Positions 61,842-64,000 of a stretch of DNA of 64,000 nt are shown in pieces. The notes under the pieces are model-generated. The model did no database searches, was not told the DNA's origin, and saw only the letters and a program-made list of their open reading frames with translations. This DNA is from Candidatus Obscuribacterales bacterium (GTDB taxonomy: Bacteria; Cyanobacteriota; Vampirovibrionia; Obscuribacterales; Obscuribacteraceae), in the NCBI GenBank assembly GCA_965228855.1, contig CBDDIJ010000002.1, forward strand, positions 320,001 through 384,000. The letters are read 5' to 3'. Position numbers and translations under genes: made by a program. Numbering within the stretch: the first letter of the stretch is position 1; each line of letters starts with the position of its first letter.

Positions 61842-63488
61842 ATGACTCAGCAACCGACTATCACAGTTGCAGACCTGCTCTACCGAGCACAAGTCATCTC
61901 GCAAGACCAGCTCGCCCGAGCTGTCGCCACGTCCATAAGAACGAAAGAGTCGATCGCCAAAGCGCTTGTTAAAAACGGAACATCCGCTGAGGTGGTGAGA
62001 ACAGGAACGCTTGCGCATTCACTGTTCATCGACAATTTAATCGTGCTCGACATGGCCATAGATGCGGTGCGCAAATCAGTAGAAGAGAGAGTCAATCTAG
62101 AGGAATCGCTGGAACGCCTCGGCTGGAAGACCGATTACAGGCTGATTGTAGGACGCCTGTGTCAACTACTCACGGATTCGGGAACAGTTTCCGAAGCAGA
62201 TATAAATAACGCTGTCGAGGCGAGCACAGCCAGTGGACTGCCTCTCGGCCGAGTTCTTGTAGTGCGGCGAGTGGTTCCCGAGGCATTGGTTTACGCTGCA
62301 TTGACCGGGCAGGTTTTAATCAAGGAAGGTCGCATAACCGCTGAGCAAGCCATTGCCGGACTGAAGCTGGCGACAAAACAACAATCGAGCATGGAACTAG
62401 CACTATCCCAACTCGGTGCGCTGCCGATGGAACGGAAGGACCCGATTCGGCTTGGTGAGCTGCTTAGCGCAGCGGGAATGGTTTCAGAAATAGACTTGTT
62501 GTCGGCCGTGGAAAAGGGCATGGGTCACGATGTGCCCATCGGGCAGGTGCTTTTGAAACACGGCTTGCTGCCGCAGCACGTGCTCGACAAAGCGCTGACG
62601 CTGCAGTTTATGGTGAACAACCGCTCTCTGACTCCGAATGACGCGATCGCTCAGTTGCAACGAATCACCAGAACGCCCAGAGAGGAGCCCGCACAGGACA
62701 CCGCCCGTGGTATCGATCACAATTACCGCAATAGCTCGAGAACGGCTCTCAACGATGATTATTCAGAGGCGCCGGACCCGAACAAGATTATGGGTCTTTA
62801 CAAAAAAGAAGACTGGATGAGAACCATTCAGGAACTCACGCTGGAGAAACAAAACCTCGCATATAAGGTGGTAAGCCAGCAAGAGGAGATGAAGTATCGG
62901 CTGGCGCGTGAATTGCATGACACCATAATCGCAGACCTTATGATGCTTAAGCGCTATCTCGGCGGCGACCGCAAATTGTCGACCGATGAAACGATAGAGA
63001 TCGTTGATCATATAGTTATGCAATTAAGAGACATTTGCAGCGACTTCGCGCCAAGGAATTTCAAAGAGTGGGGCTTGAAGATGACGCTCAAAGACACACT
63101 TGATCGGATGAGCGAGCGCACCGGAATTCAGTCGACTTTTCTGTGCGAATTCGAGATTCCGGAACTGCCTGATCCTGTGGGTTTGCACACTTACCGTATT
63201 ATCCAGGAAGGTTTGAACAACGTCGAGAAATATTCGGGAGCAAGCGAAGTGTCGCTCATCATCGAGCGTCCGCGCGAGAAGTCGCTGCGTTTTCGGCTCT
63301 CGGATAACGGCAAAGGTTTTACTACTGAAGGAAACAGCTCGCCGCGCAGAACCGGCGACTCGGGCGGAATGGGCATGGGCGGTATGAAGGAGCGCGCCGA
63401 TCTTATCCGTTGTTTCTTTCCGACAAGCCTCTCTGTGGACTCGTCTCCGGGTCACGGGTCAACAGTCACGCTAGAAATTGATTTGTAA
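61842..63488 (+). CDS. cytoplasmic HisKA_3 histidine kinase with N-terminal MshEN-like repeats
   Basis: RLGELLSAAG, PIGQVLLKHG, PLGRVLV; LARELHD, QEGLNNVEKYS, DNGKGF, GMGMGGMKERA; no TM segment evident. Confidence 0.85.
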   Translation: MTQQPTITVADLLYRAQVISQDQLARAVATSIRTKESIAKALVKNGTSAEVVRTGTLAHSLFIDNLIVLDMAIDAVRKSVEERVNLEESLERLGWKTDYRLIVGRLCQLLTDSGTVSEADINNAVEASTASGLPLGRVLVVRRVVPEALVYAALTGQVLIKEGRITAEQAIAGLKLATKQQSSMELALSQLGALPMERKDPIRLGELLSAAGMVSEIDLLSAVEKGMGHDVPIGQVLLKHGLLPQHVLDKALTLQFMVNNRSLTPNDAIAQLQRITRTPREEPAQDTARGIDHNYRNSSRTALNDDYSEAPDPNKIMGLYKKEDWMRTIQELTLEKQNLAYKVVSQQEEMKYRLARELHDTIIADLMMLKRYLGGDRKLSTDETIEIVDHIVMQLRDICSDFAPRNFKEWGLKMTLKDTLDRMSERTGIQSTFLCEFEIPELPDPVGLHTYRIIQEGLNNVEKYSGASEVSLIIERPREKSLRFRLSDNGKGFTTEGNSSPRRTGDSGGMGMGGMKERADLIRCFFPTSLSVDSSPGHGSTVTLEIDL

Positions 63489-63745
63489 TCGAAGCGGACT
63501 AACACCAAGCTTTCAAAGTCGGGGCAAGCGTTCGCGGTTTTAGCTCCGTGAAAACGTCAACGTCAAACACGCTGGCAATCTTGCGATTTAATCTTGCTGC
63601 TTGGAACGCCCAGCGCCGCTGTTCATCTGCATCTTAGTAGTTTTATACACGATTGTGCTAAATGCTTTTCGCGAATTCCTTTATGCCGACATCGAACCTA
63701 TGATGTAAGCATCCCCGACGAAGCCTTTGCAACGGAGTTTCCGCC

Positions 63746-64000
63746 ATGCAACCCGTAAAAGATACATTTACCAGCCGAGTGATACCACTGAGAGCAAGCC
63801 AGACCGGCATGAAACCTGCCGTTCCAATGGCTCATGCCAAACGCTCGCGACAGCTCCGCATCGGCAGAATACTTTTAGCAGCCGACTTGATTTCGCAAGA
63901 TTGCCTCCAGGAAGCACTTACCATCGCTCAAGAACTTCAACAACCAATCGGCAAAGTACTTACCAGCACGCAACAAGTTTCGCAACTCGACTTGCAATCC
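63746..64000 (+). CDS. MshEN-domain protein (partial, runs off the window)
   Basis: RIGRILLAADLISQDCLQEALTIAQELQQPIGKVL; GGAG upstream of ATG 63746. Confidence 0.7.
   Translation, partial: MQPVKDTFTSRVIPLRASQTGMKPAVPMAHAKRSRQLRIGRILLAADLISQDCLQEALTIAQELQQPIGKVLTSTQQVSQLDLQS

Overview
Bacterial chromosomal window. Gene content (Ycf45/R3H ATPase, many MshEN-domain proteins, large secreted effector-like proteins) suggests a non-photosynthetic cyanobacterial relative such as Vampirovibrionia/Obscuribacterales; this is inference only. No rRNA, tRNA, CRISPR array or transposase was recognised. The window alternates between two gene classes. One has ordinary codon usage: a 2706-aa YD-repeat/annexin/PRTase/phosphatase protein, a decarboxylase, Ycf45, an S41 protease, a degenerate tyrosine recombinase, a CzcA/B-type RND pump and a two-component pair. 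The other forms short blocks with strongly C/G-ending codons: NADAR, a VWA-SBP operon, Adk, a frameshifted ClpC-like ATPase, an M4 peptidase, TruD, HADs, a nucleoside deoxyribosyltransferase, cytidine deaminase and NadD. The main unexplained signal is non-coding: 17 intergenic copies of an exactly 50-bp, four-box interrupted palindrome (6-7-7-10-7-7-6 spacing). Most copies have a CTACTA(T/G)A box at distances clustering near 87 or 98 bp, about one helical turn apart. Local tandem duplications break at that box, and the two palindrome subtypes tend to mark opposite ends of the GC-rich blocks. This may be an undescribed site-specific recombination, cassette or DNA-architecture system. All coordinates and alignments were read by eye; no searches were run.
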